NCBI GenBank assembly: GCA_013265495.1
Contig: MU058844.1
Coordinates: forward strand, 1-64,000
Length of the DNA: 64,000 bases
Source: Vicugna vicugna
Taxonomy: Eukaryota
Reading direction: 5' to 3'
Shown here: piece after piece, positions 51,186 to 64,000 of the stretch
How positions within the stretch are numbered: position 1 is the first letter of the stretch
Layout: the number at the start of each line of letters is the position of its first letter
The notes under the pieces: generated by a model
What the model saw: only the letters and a program-made list of their open reading frames with translations
What the model was told of the DNA's origin: nothing
Databases searched by the model: none
Program-made: the position numbers and the translations under genes

Positions 51186-52956
51186 TTCACAGTTAACTAT
51201 TTTCTAACTTTCTACAATAAACTTGTTCTGTGAAGAAAAAGCAACACAATAAAATAAGGAAAATACAAAATAATCAGCATTCAGGATTTATTCCATTTCA
51301 TTCTGAGGATAAAGGAGATTCCGTTGCCATTTGGTTTTCCTGCTAGACCCAGGGCAAGCTGAGGGTCTCCTGTGTGCTCTGGATTATTCCTCACCTCCCT
51401 CCTCTTCCATAAATATCTGGGATTCTGGTCTTTCTAGAAAACTTAGAAGAATCTCCTTTGTGCAGGACCTGCCATTTGTATCTGCTAAGCTGGCTTTGGT
51501 CCTTCACAGTTTGAGAGTTTGCAGCTCAGAGGGATAACATTTAAGGCACTTCTCTCCTTCATCCAGGCAGGATGTTGGCCATCTTACTCGCCTGTACTTC
51601 AGAAGCTAAAATCACTTACAGCATTTGTATCTAAGGGCAAAATCTAAATAATACTAAGAGCATTCAGCAAGAGGAGGGGATCGAGTTAAATTCCCATCTC
51701 CTTGTAATGTGGAGAAATAGCTAAATGAGTCAAGCTTGGTCTCAGAGAGTCTACCTCCCTCACTTAGTTTGATATGAACCTCTGATAAGAAATTAGATTA
51801 ACCATCCTATGTAAACTATCTACCTTGCATGTTTCTAATCTGGAATCCCCATGGCACCTAGCAGGTCTCTGGGGGTATGCTGGCCCCCACATCATTTGGG
51901 GAGAACCCAGAAAATGAAAACTCACTTAAATCTTGGCCTATAGCTCAGCAAGGAAATTTATCTCCACTCACCACCCCAGCCAAATCATATTCATTATGGT
52001 TTCAAAGTTCTAGGCTGAAAGGATTTTGCATTTTTCATGCCACTATTACCCACCTTAGCCCCTTTATGAAATTATGAGAAGACTCAGGGTGAGTCTTGAT
52101 GACTTTCAATATCTAGAAGTTGCAAGATTTCCAATAACTGCCTGATAATGTGACAAGTCAAAGACCTGATTCCTTTTCCCCCACCTTCCCCTGACATCGC
52201 TTCTACCTCCTACATATTTCTTGAATTAAAACAATTTTCCTCCATCTTCACAATCACTCCCCTAGGTCAGGCAGGGATACTGCCATCTTAGCTTCCTACC
52301 TGGTCTTCAGTAAGTACCATCCTTCTAAAATACAGGCATGGTCCTGCCCTGGTCCCTTCCGTCTGCAGTGGATCTCCACTGCTCTTTAATTCTCCCATTG
52401 CTCTTAGGGTAAACTCTACACTTTTTCTCATGGCTTTCAAGAATTCCTTAGAGATTACAAACCAGAAGCCTGTGGGATGATAGGTTTTGCTTGGCTCATC
52501 CACTGCTTTTATAAATTTCAAGTAAAGCCACTGTTGATAATTTTTAAAACTTTGTGTACAAATCCAAATGCATGGCTTGTCTTGAAAAATTAGGGTGTCT
52601 GGTCACTCTGGTCACAGGTTCCCACAGGAAAGGATCTCCCACATGGATGGGGGCTTTTGTTCTCCAGTTCTCCTAGCCTATACTATGCCTGTTATATGCC
52701 CTTGCTCTGGTTCCTTGAGGTTACCTATGTGACGCTGTAGACAGGTAGGTTCTACATGGCAGGGCTCTGGTGATGCTCCTGTGTCATTTCTCATGGCTCT
52801 TCCCCAACACATGCCTGGTCTATGGGGCTAAGTTCTCTCAGTCCCCACCCCCATCCCACCCCCTCACATGCACACCTGGGCTCTCTCTCACTCTGCTCTG
52901 TGCCTGTGCTCTTCCCTCTGCAGGGGACACCTTATTCCCAATCCACCTTTGGGAAC

Positions 52957-53065
52957 TGGGGGGAGGGTGTAGCTCAGTGGTAGAGTGTGTGCTTAACACA
53001 TGAGGTCCTGGGTTCAACCCCAGTATCTCCACTAAAAAAAAAAAATTAAATTAAAAAAAAAACTA
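52957..53065 (+). mobile_element. Camelid tRNA-derived SINE (Vic-1-like)
   Basis: gggggagggtgtagctcagtggtagag...ggttcaaccccag plus A tail. Confidence 0.9.
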
Positions 53066-54919
53066 ATTCCTTCCCTTACCCACCCCGCCAAGAGATTTAT
53101 CAACTCATTCTTTGGGTCTCAGTTTAAATATTCTCTATCTTAGTTATGTCTGTCCTGACCCCAGACCTGATTCCCAAGTCATGTTTTAACTGTCCCTCCT
53201 TAGAGTCCCCTGTGGTAGTAAGGCCTAAACTTAACGCTCAATATTATATGCTGCATTGACATCTGGTGAAATCAGAGTTGGGGGGGTGCTTGAATAGCCT
53301 AATGGCAAGTTCCCCTCTCCACTCTAGTCCCATGGCTAAGTCCCCTAGCCAAACAACTGTCCTTATCAAATGGCCCAGGTGCAGTTCCTGCTTATTCTTG
53401 AGCAGTGGATTTCAGTTTCCTGCCAGATCATGGGATTACTCAAACAAGCCATGCACATCTTCCTTCAGGAACCAGGGTACTAACCCTCTTGGTACTAAAA
53501 AGCCTGCCTCACACAGACCCTGATGGTTCAGTTTGTTCCCAAGCGCAATCCTTGTGCAGCCTTGTATGGCGTGTGGTGTCCTCCTCCCCCAGACTAGTAA
53601 ACTGTCACATAGACTCATATATGTCAGCTGTGCCGTGTGGAGTGTCATGTATTCAGCCATCGCCACAACCTTAGGTTGGGAATCCCTCCTTCAACAGTAG
53701 AGGAGACTTAAACAGCCCACGTGTACCATACCTGCCTGCTTACTTGCCTTTCTCCCCCACTAGACCATCAACTCCACGTGGGCAGGGACTGGGAGGACAG
53801 GGACGGAGATGTTGTTTGCCTCCAAATCCCAGTACCTAGCACAGAGTCTGGCACATAGCAGGTGTCCAATAAACTCTTGCTGGCCAGCTCAGCAGGGTGT
53901 TATCTTATCAGTGGAAATACTCAGCAAGAGCACAGGAAACAACCATCTGTGAGACTGCAGAGGAGTTTTGGCCTGGATGACACTTACTGCACTTCTCAGT
54001 GCTTAAGAGTCTGTGATTCCAGTAGTTTGTCACTTTGTTTCTTCATAGATTATGGTATTTCCTGTCTTATAGAATAGGACGTAGTAGAAAACTAGTCATC
54101 TTCCACCACAAAGTTTTCAGTTTTCAAGATGCAAGCACTAATGTAAAACAGCCTTTGTTTTCAAGAACTAGGGACTCAGTTCAATGAGCAGGACATTTCT
54201 ATGCAAAATATGAAGAGGCTGCAGAAGAGGCCATTTGTTCTAAAGAGCACTATTACAGTCCTTGGTGTTTACTGGGGGGAAAAGGCCTACCATCTGCAGA
54301 AGGTTTAGCAACAAATTTATTCCATTTTCATGTGTTCGTAATGCAGTTCTAGAAATGAATCTAATCAAAATGCTGTCTTAGCAGGGAGGATATTTGCACT
54401 TAAATCCAAAAAGCCATTTCCATCATTTCCAGATTTTTAAGAACCCAAATCCAGCTGACTTTCTGTTATGTGCTATTTAAACATCTTAAGAATAAACGTA
54501 TGTGATGAAAGAGTAGCAACATCAATGAGTTAGTGAACACTGTAAAAAAAAAATCCCCGTGTAACCCGATGGTACCTCAGAGGGGATATATTCAAGATTT
54601 AAATTTCAAGAATGCTTTACTGTTTTTTCTTTCATTTACTAAATTAAAATCCAAACTATTTTAGAGCCATAGATTTTGCAGTTTAATTAGAATTTATCCC
54701 CATCAGACCAATCAGAGAAGAAACTTCCAATGCTGCATTTTAGGCTATGCCTACACTTGAAACTAATTTGACTAAAGTCAATTCATAATTTGATCACATT
54801 TTTGGCTTATGTAAATCTGAATTTTGTTCAAACTCGATTCCAGGGATGAGGAAGGATGTCAAACAGAGATAAATTATCAGAACAAAAATGCCAGCTCCCC
54901 AAAAGAGACAATAGAATGA

Positions 54920-55170
54920 GTGGATCAGAACTCAGGTCTTAGATTTCACTTCCCTGGGTTCCAGTCTTAATTCTGCCACTTATTAACTGACTCAATTTAA
55001 ACAAATTACTTAACCACCCCTAACTTCATCATCTTAAAATGGCAACAATGATAATATTTATGCCATGGTGATGTTGTGAGGATTAAAGATGAAAATGCAT
55101 ATAAATGCTTATCATAGCTTTTAGCATTTTTAAAGCATTCTATAAATGTTAACTATTATTGTTATTGTAG
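54920..55170 (+). mobile_element. MIR
   Basis: cctgggttccagtcttaattctgccactta...tgttgtgaggattaaa...aaatgttaactattatt. Confidence 0.8.
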
Positions 55171-56319
55171 ATTGGTTTCACAAAATGTCCTAGCAATGAA
55201 ATCTTTGAAAATTTGATTCTGCAACAGACTATTGGAATCTGGAATTTGCCTCTTGGATTGTCATTGCCATTGGATCCCCACCAGTTCCCATGATTTAATT
55301 AACGAACATATAACTGTGCCAATTCCCAGAAGGGAGAAAGCCAAAGAACAGTAGGGATGGTATTTGGTATTTTAGACAATAACTCATTGTGACTCAGGAA
55401 GGGACATTATCTTTCAAGTTATTAATGAATTAAAAACCCAGCCAAGACATCAAGCCTTCCGGGTAAAGGGGATCATCAGCACTTGGAAGGTGGCTGACAG
55501 CAAATGTCCTTGGATCTAGGAGTATCAGCCCCTTTCATCATGTGTTGTCCCCTGGGGCCTGTCACTTGCAGTCCAAGACATAAAGCCAGGAGACTGCAAT
55601 GATAGTGGACACCTACAGCGGTTCTGAGGCTGTACAATAGGATAGTTTTTACTATGAGACCTGACATGAGAAGTGGGTCTTGGCACAGGCATGTTTTTAT
55701 CCCTCTCTTCAATGCCCATCTTCCTCCAGCCCTGATTTTCTGCAGCACCAAAACATATCACTTAGGACATTGATTAAGAAGGACAGACAAGACTGTCGTA
55801 TTTATTATGAAAAGGACAATCATTTTCACCTGGATAGAACCAAATATGCTCACTATTCTGCAGATTATCTTACCGTTAGGAACATAGGTAAGAAAGTATA
55901 TTCTCTGCCTCCCAAGAGTCAAGTACTTAATGTGAACAGGAACACACAATTCCTTTCTTGTGACGTCTATATCTTAATTTTTACAGGTTAACATAATCTA
56001 CATGCACACTTTGGAAATACATAAATACTCTGTGGGCAGGAATCCCGGTTATCTTCCTCACTGTTGTATGCCTAGAATCTAGCACAGTAACTAGAGCATA
56101 GTATGTATTCATGAATATTAAATAAATGAATGAATGTATAAGAGCTTACTCACTTTTGTGCTTCTGTCTGAAGTCTTTTTCTACCTTTGTCCATTCAGTA
56201 AACTCCTGCTCACCCCCAAAAGTCTCTATTCAGTTGCCATTCATTCTGTGGAAACATTTCTTTCATTTCAGGTAGGAGGAGGCCTTTTTGCCCCTACTCC
56301 CATAGTATCCAGAACATGC

Positions 56320-56790
56320 CTCCACGTAAAGTTTTCTATATGCAAACAGCAAAACTCATTCTGGCGAGTTCAAGTAGAAAGTGACTTATTAAAGGATACT
56401 GGGTGGTTCACAGAATTTCTGAGAGGGATGGAGAACCAGGTCTGAATGCTACTCAGCTAGAAATAACAGCCAGGAAAGAGCCCACCCATGCCGGCTGCTT
56501 GAGGGAGACACACAACTGCTGCTGCTGCTCCATAGTGCTAATCCACCCAACGTGGAGCTGAGGGTAGAAGCATGATGACAGCCACCCCAGAAGAACTCTA
56601 CACCTCCACTGTCAGAAGATTCAGGCTCCCTGTGTACAGCCACTGTCTCACGTTCATCACTTTTGCCTGCACTTGTACTAGCATATCTGACTCGAAGAAT
56701 GTGGACCACCGGCCTGGACTCTTGCTGCAAGGGGTTCTGGGAAATGTGTTTTAGTCTTCCAGTCTCTATAGCAGACAAAGGTACACTGAG
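56320..56790 (-). mobile_element. MLT1-type LTR
   Basis: tgcaaacagcaaaactc...ttattaaaggatactgggtggttcacagaat...gctgcaaggggttctgggaaatgtg. Confidence 0.7.
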
Positions 56791-56859
56791 TGAGTCATCC
56801 AACTAACTATTTATGTGCCACGCTCCATAACACCACTGTCGCCTTCACTTGATATGAAT

Positions 56860-57560
56860 TCCCTAAAATCTGAGAGAAAAAAATCAGCACCATGGAGGAT
56901 CAGTGCAGAAAATCCAACATCTGACCAATAGGAGTTCCAGAAACAGAGAACAGATGTAGGAGAGAAAGAAAGAATACAAACTAATTTCCCAAGATGAAGG
57001 ACAGGAATTTCCATACTGAAAGGTGTGAAATTTAAAAGACCCCTCCTAAATACATCTCTGTGAAAGTTTCAGAACACCAAAGATAAAGAAAATATCCTAA
57101 AAGCTTCAGAGAAAGAAAAAGGTCATCTATAAGAGAAAAAGAAAACACACACACACACACAAAAACTAAAAACAGACTGGCACAGCAACACTGGGTGCTG
57201 GAAGAAAATGGAACAGTATCTTTAAAATTGAACAAAAATGGTCTTTGACTTGAATTCTATCCCAAATAAAATGTCATTAAGTAATGATGGCAGAATGGAT
57301 ATCTTTATATATGCAGGACTAACAAAGTTTACTTCCTACCCATCCTTCAGTTGGGAGTTACTTGAGGAGATGAGCTCCAGTAAAATGAGGAAGTAAACCA
57401 ACAAATAAGAAGTCATAAGAGCCAGGATATGACGTGTCCACTTAGAGGAGAATTGAAAGGAAGGAAAACAGCTAATTATGAGTCCCAGAAGGCAGTCTAC
57501 ATTAGAGGAGGTAAATAAATAGTACCAGGAGAGGGGCTCTAGGGCAAAAAGAACTTCCAT
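56860..57560 (+). mobile_element. Ancient L1M ORF1-region fragment
   Basis: tccaacatctgaccaataggagttccagaa; aaatatcctaaaagcttcagag; cacagcaacactgggtgctggaagaaaatggaac. Confidence 0.75.
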
Positions 57561-58601
57561 AAACTAAGTAGTATGCCAAAGATATTTTAGGAGCATAAGC
57601 AGATGATAAAAGCAGAGAATACAAAAATCCCTAATTAGAAATTCTAGGAAAAATAAAAAAAACTATGAGAAGATGAATATAATGGCACACTACTCTTCCT
57701 TCCAGGAAGATAATACTGTAAAGACTATATAATGATTTTCAATTTTTAAAATCAGCAAGACAAAGCATGTACAGAAGACTATAAATAGTTTGAATCTTGT
57801 CAGTGTAAAACTACAAATTCAAATGAGAGACATAGGAAGGGAGGAGAGGTGAAAGGATGGGTTGACCACATAATATATGACATCTTACAAAGCGAGGAAT
57901 ACAGTGCCCTGCATCCTTACCCCTGTCTCCTAGTAATAGCACTCAATTTCCCTTTGAGTCATTTCTCCTCCCCAACACATGTGGTCTTAGTGAGGCTGTT
58001 AATCCACATGACCTACAGTCTCTAGCCAATGAGTGAACACGTGGCCCAGTGTAAGGCAATCAGACTTTCTCTTCCTGGTAATTACAGTCCCACTAATTCA
58101 CACTAAGTGGTACCCTAAAAGAGACAGTGTATTAATTCTTGCTCCTTAGATTCCCAGAACAACTCTTATTCCTGGCTTTTCTAAAGTCTGACTCTTCAGC
58201 TTCTTTGAGTCTATGGATGCCTGTCCCTCCAAAAAAAAAAAAAAAGGTTTCAATTGATAAGACACGGTAAGATAAACAGAAATTCAATTATGTTTTAAAT
58301 TTCAAAATCAGGGAATTGAAAATAGTGATGTAAATATATGAAGGGTGAAGGATTAGAGGAGGGATTAAGTGAGCAAAACTCTTATCTTAAGAGAAAGTCA
58401 CTGTATAAGTGTGAAGTTGATAAATCATGAAAGGCCAGTACAGCAAATTATTTATCAATATGGGAGCAGTCACCAGAAAAGTTAAAACTTTGAAATTTAA
58501 AAAAGAAAAGTGGTTTCTGGAAAAAAACGGGGGGGGGGCAGGCTAGGGATAAGTAGAACAGGAGACTATTTCTTTTTATTATAAACTCATCTTAACTTCT
58601 T

Positions 58602-58873
58602 TTTTTAATTGAAGTTTAGTTAATTTACAATGTTGTGTTAGTTTCTGATATACAGCATAGTGATTCAGTTATACATATATACACTCTTTTTCATGTTCTT
58701 TTTCATTATAGGTTATAAGAAGATATTGAATGAGTTCTCTGTGCTATACAGTAGGGCCTTGTTGTTATCTATTTTATATATAATAGTTTGTATCTGCTAA
58801 TCTCAAACTCCTAATTTATCCCTCGCCCACCTATTTCCCTTTGGTAACCATAAGTTTGTGTTCTTTGTCTGTG
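58602..58873 (-). mobile_element. L1 3' UTR fragment
   Basis: Antisense to the L1 3' UTR at 29130-29390; 20-bp TSD with one mismatch, taaactcatctta(a/g)cttctt (58582-58601, 58874-58893). Confidence 0.9.
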
Positions 58874-60430
58874 TAAACTCATCTTAGCTTCTTAATTTTT
58901 TTCTCTGTGTGTATATACTAACTGATATAGTAATTTTTAATGTTACAGAGGTGGGGAAGAAAAATTGTTGATCTCTCTATAATGGAGATGGTTCAGAATC
59001 TCAAATTCTTCTCAAACAGACAGAAATCAGTCCTGGAAGGTGTTCTGGAAACCAGTACATTACAGAACATCCATGTCTCAGGCTCCAAGGGAGAAAGCTC
59101 CTTCCACTCGTGGCACACTGCTGGACTCCTGGACTAGGCAGAGGCCACTACCTCTCTGAACACCCTCACAGGGACCCCCACCCACGGATCAGCTCAAGCA
59201 TGTCTTTGCATTTTCTTGACATGCCCTTGCCCAGCTCAGAGTAACTGGCTCAGGACTCAGATGCTTTGGCTTGTTCTCTGCCCAACTTCTTACCCAACCT
59301 TCACCCTGCTTTCCTGGAAAATCAGAATTAGCCTTATCTCTACTTTCAAGGGATAAAGAAAACAATCTCCAGATTTTTAAGGCCATGGGATTTGTTTTGA
59401 ATGTGAGTCATAGTTTTAACTGTTCTTTCATGGCGTTTTACTGATAAGACAAGGAGAGACCTTGATACCAAAGGTGTGGAGATGGCACTTTTCCCAGGGG
59501 TGAATTAGAGGAAATCAGAAACTTCAAGGCATATTTGTCTTTCTCTACCAAGTAAAGCTCTGAAAGTGATTAAAGCCACGCCTGGAGCTAACTATTCCCA
59601 GGAATAGGATCGGCATTGCAACATCAGCACTCAGCTCAACCCTCAACAATAACCCGAGTTATCATAGAAGATGAAAGGTGGCTACCTGCATCTTCCCCAC
59701 CTGCACATCCCTGTACCCTTGGATGAGAGTGACCAGCTCCCCTTTCCACATTCCCCTGCCATGCCTAATCCTAGTCCTGAAAGATGGTGGGTTTTCATAG
59801 GAAAGGAATGAAGGAATCTGAGGCTGGAAGATGAGAAGGAAGAAGTGAGATCAGTTAAAACTTTTCCAGTGGCAGACATACTGTAGTCAGGTAAAGAACT
59901 ACTCACACTTTAAAGGCAAGCTGCCCAGCACCTTCCATATGGTACTAAGTCGGATCTGGGAAATCCCAGGAGTGTCTCGCATGTGTTCGTGACAGCGCCC
60001 TCATCCTCTATTCTGGTTCCCTCATTAAGATGTTTACTTCTTGGCTCAATTAGCAGTTATAAAATGGAAACGGTAATCTGCTCCATTAGAAAAATGCATG
60101 CAATCACTGAGCATGTCATAGGAATATGCTCTGGAAAAACCAGGTATTATGGTCCTTATCACAGTGTAGTGCCTAGGACAGTATTAGGAAGTGCTGATAT
60201 CAACAAATGGGCCTTACAAAATTTATCCAGCATATCATTTGGGCATCCCATGGTGAGATTCCAATCCCAATCTTATGAATCAATATTGGTCCACTGGCAC
60301 AAACTTATGGTGCGAATAGCACTATTTTAATAAATGACAAAGAACTGTTACAGCAAATTAAAGCTCAATTGATATCCCAAATGATTACTGCTCAAATTCT
60401 AGCCCCATTATTAGCATCTGTGTAACCCTT

Positions 60431-60598
60431 CAGGGCAGAATTTAGATTTTGTATGGCCTGAAGCTTATACAATTTGGGGAGCCCTTTAAGAAAAAGAAAA
60501 CAAAATGCATGGATTCAAAATCAAAACAGTTTGGAAGAGGCCTGTATAAGCAGCCTGAGCTTAAACTTTATTAGCTTCATGAGAGATCTGACTCCAGG
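60431..60598 (+). mobile_element. MER53-like hAT element inserted in a MIR
   Basis: ggcctgaagcttatacaatttggggagccctttaagaaaaag; MIR halves on both sides. Confidence 0.75.
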
Positions 60599-61834
60599 TT
60601 TCTGGGGAAAGTTACATAACCATTCTGAATCACAGTATCCTCATCTATAAAAGCAGGATAATAACCATTACTATGCGAAATTAAGGAATTTATATATAGG
60701 TATGTAAAATATATAGATCATACGATATACATATATAATTTGAGTTCTAGAATGCTGACTCTCAATTCAAAGTTTTATATATATATAAATATATATTATA
60801 TATATCATATATATATCATATATCACTTGATATGAACATTCAAATGCAGAGAGGTCATACAATATAATGATTAGGTTAAAACTTTTCTTTTCTTGAATTC
60901 TATCTAATTAATTGTGTGTTTGTGTAAACAGATCCCAATGGACAGAGATTAGACACTCAACAGCCAGGATCCTAAACTCTCAGAACTGACAATAAAGCAC
61001 TGCAAAAGAGCAGCAGTTGTCAGATGGGATTTTGGCAAAGACAAAGGAAGCAATCTGAGGGACCAAGGTAGGTAGGGTGGAATGTTGCAGATCTCAATGT
61101 TGTTGAAGACTTCACTACCACAGCACCCTTTAAAAGAAAGTGTTTTTAACAAACACAGCCTTGTCTGAGCCTCACAGCACCTATGAGAGGCAGGGTCAAA
61201 ATGATGACCACACTTCAGAGGGCTCTCTTGGCCAGCTCATACCATAGCCCACTTTACATGCAGCAAAGGATCAAGCCTCCCCCTTCATCATCATTTACTG
61301 AGTATCTCTCAAATGTCAGATACAATGAATGCTAAGTGCTTCATGTGTGTTTTCTCATTTAATCTTCCCAGTAACCATCATTTCCATCTGACATTGCACT
61401 ATTGGAGCTGAGGCTCAATGTCTTGCCAAGCATTTGTAACTAGTAAGCAATTAAGCACCTACAATGTTTCTAACTCTATTAACAGATTTGGAACCCATTC
61501 TGGAACCCATAAAAGCTTTGGAACCAGCAGAGAAATTACTTAAGGGACCTCGCCTGCATCTGGAACTAAATTCATGTCCTCTATAAGAGAGGATATTCTC
61601 CCCAAGGATTGACATGGATAACATCACCAAGATTACAGGTAGCTTAGATCGTTTCTGGGGCTGTGCTTTATTTAGCTCTGTACTGCCAATATCCAGTACA
61701 GTTTCTGGCAAAGTAAATGTTGTGAGAGAGCAAAATGAGTACTTTGGTCATGCAGCAAATGAGGGGCAGAGCCAGGACACCCAGATCTCCTGACCTCTAG
61801 CTATCGACATGACAACTATTGACACTAGTGCTCT

Positions 61835-62150
61835 TTCTCTATGTTGCTTTGGCTGCTATAACAAAAAGGCTCCAAATACAATGGTTTAAACAAGATAGAG
61901 GTTTACATTCATTCTTCTTATGTAAAAATCCATGTAGTCAATTCAATTAAAAAAAGAGGCAAATAAAAACAAACCTCTTCCCTGTAAACATCTAACCAGG
62001 AAGTTTTAGGTATCATTTCCAGGCACATTCTACTAACCAAACTAGTCATATGGCCACATTCAGCCACAAAGAATGCTGGGAAATGTAGTCTTTACACCTA
62101 TCTAAAATTTCCATTACTATAAAAGACAGGAGAATGGTAGTCTTGGCCAC
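61835..62150 (-). mobile_element. MLT1-type LTR
   Basis: ctttggctgctataacaaa...tggtttaaacaagatagaggttta...tagtcatatggccaca. Confidence 0.7.
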
Positions 62151-62279
62151 AGAGGGCAAGCCACTGTGTAGTGAGAAGAGGTCTAAACTCAAAGAGCGGT
62201 ACAGAGGGGTTTCCTCACCTGCAAAATATAATAATAAACATAACTACCTACATTCAGTTTTTTTCCAACTCTAAACAAT

Positions 62280-62530
62280 AACAACCTGGTAATCAGCATT
62301 TACTGAGCGTGCCCTGTGCTGTAGGCACTATACCACATACTTTACACATATGATTTAATTCAATCTTCCCAACAACCCTCTCAGGCTGGTGTTATAATTG
62401 TCACTTTCATTTTAGAGATGAGGAAGCTGAGCCTGAGAGGAGTTAAGTAGCTTGCCCGAGATTTCAGTGAACGTGTGGTGACAAAGCCAGACCTGGGCTC
62501 GCCGACTCCAAAGCCCACCCCTCTGCTACA
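62280..62530 (-). mobile_element. MIR
   Basis: agcatttactgagcg...cattttagagatgaggaagctgag. Confidence 0.85.
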
Positions 62531-63019
62531 CCCTAAGTGGAGGTCATCGTGGTGTCAGCATTGCCAGGTTTTTGGGAGTTTGAATGGACAGAGCACACAG
62601 TAGGCCCTCTCCACTTTCCCCAAGGAAGGCAGTGTGTCTTGCTGGGGCTTTAGGCTCCCTTGTCTGAGTCTAGGAAAGAACCTTGCTCCAGAATGGGGAC
62701 TGTCCAGAAACACTTCATGGTTGCTGGAGACAGGCTGGAGCTGAGAGGAGGAGGAATCCAGGTTTGAGAGAGAAGAGGAAAAAGCAATAAACTGAAAAAT
62801 CACAGCTCTGCAGGCAATGGAATCTATTACTCAGAGATTAAAATGTCACAAGGAGTACACGTCAGCTCCAGACCTTGGAAAATGTTTTTTCCATCATAAT
62901 GACTGCTCAGCACCAACACAGAGGACTATTTCCCTTCCTAGGGAGGTGCTTGTCCCACTGGGTGTCTTTCTAGCCTTCTGCAGACCTCAAAAATGGCTTC
63001 TTATGTTTATTCATATATT

Positions 63020-63250
63020 AACAATGGCCAACACCAACAAGCACTTACACGTACCAGCTGCTTACTGCTTATTCATCCTTCAATATCCCTGAGAAATGGA
63101 TACCATTATTTCACCATCATCTTACAGATGAAGAACCTGAGGTACAGAAATGTTAGGTAATGTGCCCAACTTCACACGGCTGGTAACAAGAGAATCGGGA
63201 TTTGAACCCAGCTCATCTGTTCAGGAGTATGATCTTAATCACTCCTCGAA
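63020..63250 (-). mobile_element. MIR
   Basis: cttacagatgaagaacctgaggtacaga...ggatttgaacccag. Confidence 0.8.
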
Positions 63251-64000
63251 ACTTCCATCTCAAGCCCAGCTCTGTTCATGGGAAAGTGGGAAATGATACA
63301 AGTCCTCCCAGAAAGAACCTGGCGAGTCTTCCCCTTTTTTTCTTTCACACTGAGGCACAATGTGAGCCAAAACTCTGAGGCATGGAGGGAGTCCATGTTC
63401 AATGTCAAATTCAACCCCAGCTGGGGTTAGGCAACTAAATGAAGATTTATATCCAGTGGGACACATACTAGCTAACCTTGAAAAATGATTTTGTAGAAGA
63501 ATATAATAAGTAGGTGAGATCATAAACATGTATAGTGTGATTTCCATTTAAAAATATATTTCTATACACACACACACACAACTACAAACTTGCACATCAA
63601 ATCATCATGAGTCCTATCTGAGTAATAAGATTATGGACAGATTTCTTCATCTGATAGCTCCCCCAACCCCATTTCCATCCAGATTCTCATTTTTTTTAAT
63701 TTTTAAAAATGAAGTTAATAGCCTTTAAGTGACTGATTTATTTATTTTTTCACTAGAAGAAATACCTTAAAGCTGATTTTAGCCTATGTGTCAGTGAGTC
63801 TTTTAAAGATTTTTTTTTCAGATTGGGAGGGGGAAAAAAGAAAATTTCAAATAAAAATTCAGGATCAGAGCATTCATTTCTCAGATTTCTAAATAAGAAA
63901 TTAATACTTTATCCATTTATTCTATGAAATCATATCCTTTTTCAGTTTGTTTAAAGGTAGAAGAACATTGGAGAAGACAAGGAAGTGTGACAGGGAAACA

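Overview
Mammalian genomic DNA, most likely camelid (inferred from three copies of a tRNA-derived Vic-1-like SINE and camelid-type L1 3' ends). It is repeat-rich and I can identify no host protein-coding exon. Bases 1-15600 are stacked L1 and MaLR elements; the rest is old MIR/L2/MaLR/DNA-transposon background with one 350-N assembly gap. The main result is on the minus strand at about 25580 to 19500: a heavily decayed endogenous bornavirus-like element that appears to carry N, a probable P remnant, M, G and the 5' part of L. They are collinear in Orthobornavirus gene order, and the M/G and G/L overlaps are preserved. The element is interrupted by MIR, MER104, MaLR, ERV-LTR and SINE insertions, which implies great age. 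I identified it by hand-translating across stops and frameshifts and comparing with BoDV-1 proteins recalled from memory, so it needs tBLASTn/HMM confirmation. Repeat family names and boundaries are by-eye estimates.
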